A stretch of 64,000 bases of DNA from Escherichia phage fjerdesal. Position numbers and translations under genes: made by a program. Below the pieces are notes generated by a model that was not told the origin of the DNA, did no database searches, and was given only the letters and a program-made list of their open reading frames with translations. Positions 10,514 to 16,909 of the stretch are shown piece after piece. The stretch is taken from sequence record MN850605.1; one strand, 5' to 3'. Position 1 is the first letter of the stretch, and each line of letters starts with the position of its first letter.

Positions 10514-11248
10514 TTATTTCTGTAATGCGCTCTTCATTTCTGGTGTTGCAATAGTGTCAATCACACCAGTTTTACAAGCATCGTCAAACCAGTCTGGTAA
10601 GATACCTGCTAAGAACCCATTGATATTCGTTTTAAGGTACTCTGCAATAAGGGCAGCTTCTTCTTCAATCATCTGCACAACTTCATCTGCATAAGCTGTA
10701 ATCTTTGAAATACCTTCATTAATCTTACTGACAGCTTGGTTAGCTAAATCAGAAACAGTATCAAGACCCTTATCAATAGCATCTTGTAAGTCACTTAACA
10801 CACCATTAACACTATCTAGTGTACTGTTCATCATGTCAATAGCTTTTTGACCATACTCTGTAGCAACACCCATGATACCACTGAATGGTTTACAACCAAC
10901 TTGTTCTCCTGCTGCACCCATAACATTGGAATACCCCTTTGCTACCTGCATACGTGATGAAAACTCATCAATAGATTTTTGACCGTAGTCTGTCAGAGTT
11001 TTAGTAGTTGCTGTAGTGCTTGTAAGGCTTGTTGTAAAGCTGTTTAGAAGGACTGTTGTAAGTCCAGCAGCAACAAGTTTCTCCTTCATTGTAGGGTCTG
11101 TTACAGAACTAATAGAGCTTACAAGTGATGTAGAAGCAGCTACGGTTCCACCGAGAACTGCTGCACCAGTAATAAGCGGGTTAGAGAACCCTTTACCAGT
11201 TTTTAAGAGATTAAAAATCTCCTTACCTTGTTCTGTCATCTCTTTCAT
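10514..11248 (-). CDS. hypothetical protein (Ser/Thr-rich)
   Basis: ORF 10514..11311 in track; start trimmed to ATG at 11248 because upstream part overlaps tRNA-Phe; AGGTG SD. Confidence 0.5.
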   Translation of the reverse strand: MKEMTEQGKEIFNLLKTGKGFSNPLITGAAVLGGTVAASTSLVSSISSVTDPTMKEKLVAAGLTTVLLNSFTTSLTSTTATTKTLTDYGQKSIDEFSSRMQVAKGYSNVMGAAGEQVGCKPFSGIMGVATEYGQKAIDMMNSTLDSVNGVLSDLQDAIDKGLDTVSDLANQAVSKINEGISKITAYADEVVQMIEEEAALIAEYLKTNINGFLAGILPDWFDDACKTGVIDTIATPEMKSALQK

Positions 11249-11266
11249 TAAGCACCTTTGAAATTG

Positions 11267-11343
11267 GTAGTCCAGTGGGATTTGAACCCTCTTCTCATGT
11301 TTTTCAGACACGCGCTTTAACCATATAAGCTACTTGGACTATA
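11267..11343 (-). tRNA. tRNA-Phe (anticodon GAA)
   Basis: T-loop TTCAAAT, anticodon stem CGTGT/ACATG loop CTGAAAA, D-stem GCTT/AAGC; 5' region slightly noncanonical. Confidence 0.6.
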
Positions 11344-11348
11344 AATTG

Positions 11349-11424
11349 GGGTGACCTACGGGATTTGAACCCGTATAGACCATGTTCACAGCATGGGTCA
11401 TTACCGTTTATGATAAGGCCACAT
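11349..11424 (-). tRNA. tRNA-His (anticodon GTG)
   Basis: Acceptor GTGGCCT/AGGTCAC, anticodon stem CCATG/CATGG loop CTGTGAA, C73, encoded CCA. Confidence 0.7.
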
Positions 11425-11455
11425 TTAAGGACTCTCGCAAGAATCCTTAGAAGTG

Positions 11456-11531
11456 GCAGCGGCATAAGGATTTGAACCTTAATAGGACAGCTTCAGAGGC
11501 TGCTGCATTGCCAGTTATGCTATACCGCTAA
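11456..11531 (-). tRNA. tRNA-Gln (anticodon CTG)
   Basis: D-stem GCAT/ATGC, anticodon stem GCAGC/GCTGT loop CTCTGAA, T-arm TAAGG/TTCAAAT/CCTTA, G73. Confidence 0.7.
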
Positions 11532-11536
11532 ATTTG

Positions 11537-11615
11537 GTACTCCATATCGGATTCGAACCGATACATAACACAGATTTTAAGTCTGGCCTCTCTGCCAATT
11601 GGAGTAATGGAGCAT
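11537..11615 (-). tRNA. tRNA with anticodon TAA (Leu-type anticodon, short variable arm)
   Basis: Acceptor GCTCCAT/ATGGAGT, T-arm ATCGG/TTCGAAT/CCGAT, anticodon loop CTTAAAA, A73; only 76 nt plus CCA. Confidence 0.6.
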
Positions 11616-11617
11616 TG

Positions 11618-11693
11618 GCGGGGGATGTTGGAATTGAACCAACTTCTTCGATTTCAAAGACCGAGGTTTTAACCTTGTAAACTAATCCCCTTT
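11618..11693 (-). tRNA. tRNA-Gln (anticodon TTG)
   Basis: T-arm GTTGG/TTCAATT/CCAAC, anticodon stem TCGGT/ATCGA loop CTTTGAA, G73, A1-C72 mismatch. Confidence 0.6.
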
Positions 11694-11699
11694 AAATCT

Positions 11700-12257
11700 T
11701 TACTTTCTCAGTGGATGAATAAAGAATGCCAACATAACTCTTTCCCTTGAGAATGCTCTTTCTTCTGGGACAACACTTTTTAGTTTCCATCCAATATAAA
11801 TTCTCCAGTAAAATTGTTTACCAAAGATTTTAATTGATGGGATAAAAGCGAATAATCCCCAAGCATTACTGTTCCACATTAGGAGATAACCTGTCTGATT
11901 ATCTTCGGGGTCAGAACTTACGTTGATATTACCTTTCCACTTAGTAACATCTCTTACATCTCTTCCTAATACATGGTAAGAGAAGTTATAAGCTTTGTTT
12001 CTCCAGAGCCATCCGACTCTTTGCATGTAGACACCTAGTTTACCAATCCATCTAATATTAGCCCATCTTTTAACGTGACCTTCATCACCATCAATTGGGT
12101 TGTCATATGTCTCCATCCATCTGAACCCGAAAGGTAAGTGTCCTTTCTTCTCACTGTAGAATGGAACTACAAAAGGTGCTAAGATAACTGCTAAGATTGC
12201 TGCAAATGGCTCTAACAAAGCTAAGAAAATCCATGAAGCATACTTCAAATATCTCAT
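11700..12257 (-). CDS. hypothetical membrane protein embedded in tRNA cluster
   Basis: 185-aa ORF with hydrophobic N-terminal segments. Confidence 0.55.
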   Translation of the reverse strand: MRYLKYASWIFLALLEPFAAILAVILAPFVVPFYSEKKGHLPFGFRWMETYDNPIDGDEGHVKRWANIRWIGKLGVYMQRVGWLWRNKAYNFSYHVLGRDVRDVTKWKGNINVSSDPEDNQTGYLLMWNSNAWGLFAFIPSIKIFGKQFYWRIYIGWKLKSVVPEERAFSRERVMLAFFIHPLRK

Positions 12258-12276
12258 CTAAATAGCCTCTTTAAAT

Positions 12277-12352
12277 TGGCGCAGGATAAGGGATTCGAAC
12301 CCCTATTAACAGCTTCGTAGACTGTTGCTCTATCCATTTGAACTAATCCTGC
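12277..12352 (-). tRNA. tRNA-Arg (anticodon ACG)
   Basis: Perfect acceptor GCAGGAT/ATCCTGC, anticodon stem ACAGT/GCTGT loop CTACGAA, encoded CCA. Confidence 0.75.
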
Positions 12353-12357
12353 AAAAT

Positions 12358-12435
12358 TGGTGTTCCAAGACGGATTCGAACCGTCACTAATACAAGGTTT
12401 GAGCTTGCATCCTCTGCCAATTGGGATACTGGAAC
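12358..12435 (-). tRNA. tRNA with anticodon CAA (Leu-type anticodon, short variable arm)
   Basis: Acceptor GTTCCAG/TTGGAAC, T-arm GACGG/TTCGAAT/CCGTC, anticodon stem GCAAG/CTTGT loop CTCAAAC, A73. Confidence 0.6.
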
Positions 12436-12436
12436 A

Positions 12437-12511
12437 TGGTACTCACTAAAGGACTTGAACCTTTTTCTTCATCTTGTAAGGGTGATGTTTTACCATATAA
12501 ACTAAGCGAGT
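12437..12511 (-). tRNA. tRNA-Val (anticodon TAC)
   Basis: D-stem GTTT/AAAC, T-arm AAAGG/TTCAAGT/CCTTT, anticodon loop CTTACAA, A73. Confidence 0.7.
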
Positions 12512-12518
12512 ATGAAAG

Positions 12519-12607
12519 AGGTCTGAAGTTGTGCCGCTAACTCAACTTCGTGGAATTTGTTACGGTCTTCAGTTGACTCAAAGCGGTCTTTCACTTGACC
12601 TCTGAAT
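12519..12607 (-). ncRNA. structured non-tRNA spacer element (GAGGTC...GACCTC closing stem, internal GAAGACCG motifs)
   Basis: 89-bp gap in tRNA array; terminal inverted repeat and internal hairpin, no canonical T-loop. Confidence 0.3.
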
Positions 12608-12683
12608 TGGTGCTCCCACAAGGACTCGAACCCTGATAAGTTGCTTACAAGGCAACCATAATAACCAATTATACGATAGGAGC
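12608..12683 (-). tRNA. tRNA-Thr (anticodon TGT)
   Basis: Anticodon stem GTTGC/GCAAC loop CTTGTAA, T-arm CAGGG/TTCGAGT/CCTTG, encoded CCA. Confidence 0.75.
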
Positions 12684-12690
12684 ATTAATT

Positions 12691-12765
12691 TGGAGCATCC
12701 AGAGGGAATCGAACCCTCAACCTCAGTTTGGAAGACTGTAATTTTCCCGTTTAAACTATGGATGC
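12691..12765 (-). tRNA. tRNA-Gly (anticodon TCC)
   Basis: Acceptor GCATCCA/TGGATGC, T-arm GAGGG/TTCGATT/CCCTC, loop CTTCCAA, U73. Confidence 0.75.
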
Positions 12766-12771
12766 ACTAAT

Positions 12772-12846
12772 TGGTGGAGTCACTGAGAATTGAACTCAGT
12801 TCCCAAGTTTGCAAAACTCGAATTTTAACCATATAAACTATGACCC
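12772..12846 (-). tRNA. tRNA-Ala (anticodon TGC)
   Basis: Acceptor with G3-U70 wobble (Ala identity), anticodon loop TTTGCAA, T-arm CTGAG/TTCAATT/CTCAG. Confidence 0.75.
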
Positions 12847-12854
12847 CCATTGTT

Positions 12855-12930
12855 TGGTACAGGTGGAGGGAATTGAACCCATCGTCTTACTGATTAAGAG
12901 TCAGCCGCATAACCATTTTGCTACACCTGC
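12855..12930 (-). tRNA. tRNA-Lys (anticodon CTT)
   Basis: Acceptor GCAGGTG/CACCTGT, anticodon stem GCTGA/TCAGT loop CTCTTAA, T-loop TTCAATT. Confidence 0.65.
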
Positions 12931-12937
12931 ATTAATT

Positions 12938-13014
12938 TGGTACACCTAGAGAGATTCGAACTCACACTGAGCAGATTCTAAGTCTGCTGCCTCTACCAGT
13001 TGGGCTATAGGTGC
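12938..13014 (-). tRNA. tRNA with anticodon TAG (Leu-type anticodon, short variable arm)
   Basis: Canonical D-arm GCC/AACTGGTAGA/GGC, perfect anticodon stem GCAGA/TCTGC loop CTTAGAA, T-loop TTCGAAT, A73. Confidence 0.65.
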
Positions 13015-13020
13015 ATTAAA

Positions 13021-13101
13021 TCTTTTTAGAGAACTTCTAAGAACCTGAGCAACAAGGTTCCACAACAAGCGACTAATAACCTTAGAAGCCCTCTAAAAAG
13101 A
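13021..13101. repeat. long inverted repeat (about 20-bp arms, about 40-nt loop) in tRNA cluster
   Basis: tctttttagagaacttctaag ... cttagaagccctctaaaaaga are reverse complements. Confidence 0.5.
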
Positions 13102-13268
13102 CCTAAATAGGTCTTTGCATAGTCTTGTTTAATCCGGTGACTAGAACCTTTGGAGAGCTTGATATTATCTCTTCTCCGTGACACCTACTAGGTGCTTTGA
13201 CAGTGTACGACAATACACGAGGGATAAACCGACAATGCGAACAAGCATGGACGGAGTAAATCTTATTA

Positions 13269-13358
13269 GGCGGTAAGTAAAGGAGTCGAACCCTCACCGT
13301 ATCTCTACAGTGGCAACAGTTTTCAAGACTGTTTGGCTGCCATTAGCCGCTACCTACC
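13269..13358 (-). tRNA. tRNA-Ser (anticodon TGA), type II
   Basis: Acceptor GGTAGGT/ACTTACC, anticodon stem ACAGT/ACTGT loop CTTGAAA, long variable arm, G73. Confidence 0.7.
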
Positions 13359-13371
13359 CCTAATAAGACTT

Positions 13372-13454
13372 TGGCATGGGACGGAGGAGTTGAACCCCTT
13401 TGAAACGGTTTTGGAGGCCGTTGCTCATGCCTTAGAGTCTTAACATCGTCCCAT
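13372..13454 (-). tRNA. tRNA-like gene, possibly tRNA-Trp (anticodon CCA) with atypical D-arm
   Basis: Perfect acceptor ATGGGAC/GTCCCAT, G73, encoded CCA, T-loop TTCAACT; anticodon stem AACGG/CCGTT enclosing 9-nt loop CCTCCAAAA. Confidence 0.45.
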
Positions 13455-13596
13455 ATTATAATTCGAAGCTTACCCTGTTATCTCAACACTGTCAAGCTTC
13501 TTCTCAGATTATTTACATGTTCTGGAAAACATGAGATACAGACCACCTCCCTACAGGAAGACCCGCTAAGGCCGTCTAAGTAATCTGCTAACTATT

Positions 13597-13673
13597 TGGT
13601 ACACCCTACAGGATTCGAACCTGTAACTAACGATTTAGAAGACCGTTGCTCTATCCAATTGAACTAAGGGTGC
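13597..13673 (-). tRNA. tRNA-Arg (anticodon TCT)
   Basis: D-arm GTTC/AATTGGATA/GAGC, anticodon stem ACGGT/ATCGT loop CTTCTAA, T-arm ACAGG/TTCGAAT/CCTGT. Confidence 0.75.
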
Positions 13674-13875
13674 ATTATCTTTAAAGACTCTCTTAGAAAG
13701 CCCTTAAAGATGCCCACCTTATTAATCATACCGTGGGCGAGTACGCCAAATTCTTTGATGAGGGATTGGAAGACCTCACTGGTGTTTAGCCTATCAAGCT
13801 ACTGCCAGAAAAACATTGTCGTTTGCATTTATTTTAAATTTGCAAAATAGACGCTACGCAACGAAAACTAAGGTT

Positions 13876-13904
13876 ACTATAAAGTAGTCACATCTCAATG
13901 TCAA
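13876..13904 (-). promoter_or_regulatory. sigma70-type promoter inside tRNA cluster (TTGACA-N17-TATAGT)
   Basis: Minus-strand TTGACATTGAGATGTGACTACTTTATAGT; reads toward tRNA-Arg(TCT) sub-cluster. Confidence 0.55.
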
Positions 13905-13919
13905 CAACTTTATTGAAAT

Positions 13920-13995
13920 TGGTACTGGTAGGTGGAATCGAACCACCGATGTTCCCTTATCAGGGGAGTGTTATAACCTTCTTAACTATACCAGC
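13920..13995 (-). tRNA. tRNA-Ile (anticodon GAT)
   Basis: D-arm GTTA/AGAAGGTTA/TAAC, T-arm GGTGG/TTCGATT/CCACC, loop CTGATAA. Confidence 0.7.
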
Positions 13996-13996
13996 T

Positions 13997-14073
13997 TGGA
14001 GGTTCAGATGGGAATCGAACCCACATTCATAGGGCTTATGAGACCCTTGCATTACCTTATCTGCGACTGAACC
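13997..14073 (-). tRNA. tRNA-Met (anticodon CAT)
   Basis: Acceptor GGTTCAG/CTGAACC, anticodon stem AGGGT/GCCCT loop CTCATAA. Confidence 0.7.
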
Positions 14074-14077
14074 ATAT

Positions 14078-14153
14078 TGGTAGAAGTGGAGGGATTCGAA
14101 CCCATCGCCTGTCAGATTAAAAGTCTGCCGCATCACCATTCTGCTACACTTCC
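14078..14153 (-). tRNA. tRNA-Lys (anticodon TTT)
   Basis: Acceptor GGAAGTG/CACTTCT, loop CTTTTAA, T-loop TTCGAAT. Confidence 0.65.
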
Positions 14154-14163
14154 ATTAAATTAT

Positions 14164-14297
14164 CTTTGTAGATAAGCTACCCAGACTTGCTTAAGGTCTG
14201 TAGCGATGTGCCTTTTTTGGGTTTAAATCTAGAATTTACCCATTCACCCTTTGTGGTCGCATACTCACAAGTAAGCTTAATAACTTATCTACAAAGG
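14164..14297. repeat. 13-bp perfect inverted repeat (ctttgtagataag / cttatctacaaag) separated by about 108 bp
   Basis: Exact reverse-complement arms at 14164-14176 and 14285-14297. Confidence 0.5.
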
Positions 14298-14299
14298 TA

Positions 14300-14440
14300 A
14301 TTACCAGACCGTTGTTTATCATCTTAAGTGCTACCATTACACCAACTCGACATCTGCCGAGTGAAGGAATCGAACCTTCGCCTTTTCTTTACCGGAGAAA
14401 TAGATTGTTTAAGTTTTGCTGTAAACGGCCTTCTGTAAAT
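14300..14440 (-). ncRNA. candidate Y-RNA-like element containing a circularly permuted tRNA-like module
   Basis: Minus strand order: T-arm GAAGG/TTCGATT/CCTTC (14363-14379), closed acceptor-like hairpin ACTCGGC-AGAT-GTCGAGT (14345-14362), D-arm-like GTG/TAATGGTAG/CAC (14328-14343); flanked by AGGCCGTT / AACGGTCT complementary segments; no anticodon arm. Confidence 0.35.
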
Positions 14441-14586
14441 TTGTTGAGCCAGACCAAGTTTTAAATTTTCAAAATTAAATTGGCTTGAAAATATCATACG
14501 TTCTTGCTGAATTTGGTCTTCTGCTCCTTTAAAGAATACTCGTAAGAACTCTTTAAGGGAGGGGCTAAATAGCCCTCTCAAAATTG

Positions 14587-14661
14587 GCGGCTACGATGAG
14601 ACTTGAACTCACATCATCTCCCGTGACAGGGGAGTATTTTCTCCAGTTAAACTACATAGCC
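14587..14661 (-). tRNA. tRNA-Asp (anticodon GTC)
   Basis: Acceptor GGCTATG/CGTAGCC, perfect anticodon stem CTCCC/GGGAG loop CTGTCAC, G73, encoded CCA. Confidence 0.75.
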
Positions 14662-14666
14662 TTTAT

Positions 14667-14754
14667 TGGTGTGCCGTGTAGGAGTCGAACCTACCGAGTC
14701 TCAATGACAAGGGATTTACAGTCCCCACCGCTACCATCTACGGGATAACGACAC
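14667..14754 (-). tRNA. tRNA-Tyr (anticodon GTA), type II
   Basis: T-arm GTAGG/TTCGACT/CCTAC, anticodon loop CTGTAAA, long variable arm. Confidence 0.7.
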
Positions 14755-14762
14755 ATTTAATT

Positions 14763-14839
14763 TGGCGGTTAGTCAGGGATTCGAACCCTGTGCCATTCGC
14801 TTAACAGGCGACCGCACATACCTTATGTGCTTCCTAACC
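14763..14839 (-). tRNA. tRNA-Asn (anticodon GTT)
   Basis: T-arm CAGGG/TTCGAAT/CCCTG, anticodon loop CTGTTAA, G73. Confidence 0.65.
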
Positions 14840-14917
14840 TTAATACATTGCCAGACCGTGTTTTTTCTTTTATCCGCAAAAAAGTATTTTGTTGCTGAAT
14901 ACGGTCTTCTGCAAAAT

Positions 14918-14994
14918 TGGAGGCGGGTGCAGGAGTCGAACCTGCCGATACCATGCTAATGAGACATGTGAGACGCCCTTTCTCTATACCCGCA
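14918..14994 (-). tRNA. tRNA with anticodon CAT (Met or lysidine-type Ile2)
   Basis: T-arm GCAGG/TTCGACT/CCTGC, anticodon stem CATGT/GCATG loop CTCATTA. Confidence 0.6.
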
Positions 14995-15085
14995 ATTCTT
15001 AATGACCAGACCAAATCTCTTCTTTGTCCGATTTACCTTCAGATGAATAAGATTAAGTTTGCTGTAATTGGTCTTCTGTCAAAAC

Positions 15086-15163
15086 TGGCGTTCCAGAAGG
15101 GATTTGAACCCTCAGATATCCACTTTGAAAGAGTGGTGACTATACCATTTTGTCTACTGGAAC
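15086..15163 (-). tRNA. tRNA-Glu (anticodon TTC)
   Basis: Acceptor GTTCCAG/CTGGAAC, perfect anticodon stem CCACT/AGTGG loop CTTTCAA, G73. Confidence 0.75.
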
Positions 15164-15170
15164 ATTAATT

Positions 15171-15247
15171 TGGTCTCTGTTGGAGGACTTGAACCTCCGG
15201 CCTTACCGCCCCAAACGGAACGCTCTACCAATCTGAGCTAAACAGAG
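15171..15247 (-). tRNA. tRNA-Pro (anticodon TGG)
   Basis: Perfect acceptor CTCTGTT/AACAGAG, D-arm GCTC/AGATTGGTA/GAGC, loop TTTGGGG, T-arm GGAGG/TTCAAGT/CCTCC. Confidence 0.75.
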
Positions 15248-15365
15248 ATAAACTTTTCAAACTCTATGTAACCACTTTAACATTATTTTTTAGTGGTTGT
15301 CAAGAACTTTTTTAAAATATTTTTCAGTATCTTAGAAAAGCTCTCATTTCGCTTCTATGTAGAAC

Positions 15366-15394
15366 ATATTAAAGGGTATTAAACACATTGTCAA
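15366..15394 (-). promoter_or_regulatory. sigma70-type promoter embedded in hairpin (TTGACA-N17-TAATAT), heading the tRNA cluster
   Basis: Minus strand AGGGTATTGACAATGTGTTTAATACCCTTTAATAT; hairpin arms AGGGTATT/AATACCCT flank the -35. Confidence 0.5.
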
Positions 15395-15412
15395 TACCCT
15401 TTTTAAAACTTT

Positions 15413-16828
15413 TTACCAGATATAACGGTCAATCATTACTGCTTTGAGCATTACACTGATTGGGTCAAACTTCTCACCACCAAGCAGAGCTTTTAAAGTG
15501 GCTGGAGAGAACCCTGATACCATTGCTACACCGTTATCCTTAACAGATACTTCGCAAGTACCATTACGGTTTGCTAAGTACCAGAATACCAGTTGTGGCA
15601 TCTCATATCCAGCTTTTTTGTACTTACTCTGAATTGCTTCAAAGTTTGTACGACCGTTAGCTCCATCAACCTGATTGAACTCCATATCGGAGAAGATGAT
15701 AAGCTTACTTGGCATATCTTTCTGAGTCAAGTTGTTTCTTTTACCTGTTTCAAGAATGCGGTCAAAAGCTGCTTGTAAGTTAGTTGAGCCATATTCAACG
15801 TGTCGCATCACCTGACGATGACGGTTTCGTAAATCACCACTCAGTTCGATGAAGTGAGGGTTTGTTGAATAAACCATTAACTCATTCTTAAAGCAACCTG
15901 TATTGCGTTCTGCTACATACAAGGCAAGTGATACACCAATATCCAGAGCAGTAATGGAGCCAAAATTCACCCAAGACATTGAACTTGATACATCAGACAT
16001 ACACAAGATGTTTTCACCTTCTGCCATCCAGTTTGGTAGTGCTTTCCACTGCTCATTAGCAACATCTGCATTACCATACTTGACAGATTTAATCACATCG
16101 TATGGGTAAACAGCACCAGCGTTAATCTTAGTCTCACCTTTTGATAAGGACTCGATGTAAGCTTTGTAACGCTCTCCATCTTTACGGTTAAACAGTTTTT
16201 GGTAACGTGCAGCAGCAAGTGAAGGAATCTTACTGTAGTCAATCTTACCAAACTCATTAGCAGAGATTTTTTGCTCAACTGTATCAGATAGTGCAGACAA
16301 CAGTGTGCGGTACTCTTTCTCACTCAAGTTGGCAAACTTGCAGAAACGTTTTACAAACTGCTTATGACGTGGTTTGACTCGTGGTAACCACTTAGCCGCC
16401 AAACCTGCTGTTGCAGGGTCTAGTAATGCTGCTTCTAAATGTTTGAAGGCATCTGTCTCGAAACGAGTACCTACGAAGATTTTGAAGTCATCAAAACGAC
16501 CAAGTTCTGCAATCTTATCCATAATGCGAAGAACCTGCGTAGACTCTAAAACTTTGTCTTCAATTGCTTGAAGCAAAACAGTTCTGAAGGCTTTACGCTC
16601 ACCCATACCTTCTCGTACATCTCGCATATGAAGCAAAATACGAACTGCAACATCAACATCCTCACGCAAAGCTTTGTAGAACAGGTCTGGTAAGATTTCT
16701 ACGTTGCTACGGCTTGAACCAGCAGCTTTGTAAAAGTCTACAAGAGCAGACATTGATGAAGTATGGTTTACAGCACCATTTTCAGTTCGACCTGCATGAA
16801 GGTGCGCATGTTTAAATAATTCGCTCAT
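15413..16828 (-). CDS. vWA-domain protein, possibly Ro60/TROVE-like (Rsr-like)
   Basis: 471 aa; MIDAS motif DVSSS (CMSDVSSSMSW) and downstream beta-strand LIIFSDMEF typical of vWA; N-terminal ~280 aa helical region with loose resemblance to Ro60 motifs (LVDFYKAAGSS, YPYDVIKSVKYG); no adjacent AAA+ partner. Confidence 0.6.
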   Translation of the reverse strand: MSELFKHAHLHAGRTENGAVNHTSSMSALVDFYKAAGSSRSNVEILPDLFYKALREDVDVAVRILLHMRDVREGMGERKAFRTVLLQAIEDKVLESTQVLRIMDKIAELGRFDDFKIFVGTRFETDAFKHLEAALLDPATAGLAAKWLPRVKPRHKQFVKRFCKFANLSEKEYRTLLSALSDTVEQKISANEFGKIDYSKIPSLAAARYQKLFNRKDGERYKAYIESLSKGETKINAGAVYPYDVIKSVKYGNADVANEQWKALPNWMAEGENILCMSDVSSSMSWVNFGSITALDIGVSLALYVAERNTGCFKNELMVYSTNPHFIELSGDLRNRHRQVMRHVEYGSTNLQAAFDRILETGKRNNLTQKDMPSKLIIFSDMEFNQVDGANGRTNFEAIQSKYKKAGYEMPQLVFWYLANRNGTCEVSVKDNGVAMVSGFSPATLKALLGGEKFDPISVMLKAVMIDRYIW

Positions 16829-16861
16829 ATTTTACTCTCTTCTCTCATTTGTTTGTTGATG

Positions 16862-16892
16862 TGACAGACTTTAGAGCAACTTTGTAGAGTCT
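16862..16892 (-). promoter_or_regulatory. putative promoter (TTGACA-N18-TAAAGT) within hairpin, upstream of vWA gene
   Basis: Minus strand TTGACAGACTCTACAAAGTTGCTCTAAAGTCTGTC; 8-bp arms GACAGACT/AGTCTGTC. Confidence 0.4.
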
Positions 16893-16909
16893 GTCAACAC
16901 CTTTTAAAA

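Noticed and set aside
12938-13014. Amber-suppressor tRNA (anticodon CTA)
   Set aside because: The palindromic anticodon stem-loop reads CTA only on the plus strand; the D-arm, T-arm and encoded CCA show the tRNA is on the minus strand, where the anticodon is TAG (a Leu-type anticodon)
13103-13297. ORF 13103..13297 (64 aa)
   Set aside because: Overlaps tRNA-Ser(TGA) and a structured spacer; no ribosome-binding site; tRNA-cluster artefact
14324-14581. ORF 14324..14581 (85 aa)
   Set aside because: Spans the permuted tRNA-like element and repeated hairpin spacers; reading frame is incidental to RNA structure
14762-15168. ORFs 14762..14959 (+), 14823..15014 (-), 14917..15168 (+)
   Set aside because: All overlap tRNA genes (Asn, Met/Ile2, Glu) and inter-tRNA spacers
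15374-15405. Rho-independent terminator after the vWA gene
   Set aside because: The hairpin AGGGTATT...AATACCCT is not followed by a U-run on the minus strand; it contains TTGACA and is followed at 17 bp by TAATAT, so it was reinterpreted as a hairpin-embedded promoter
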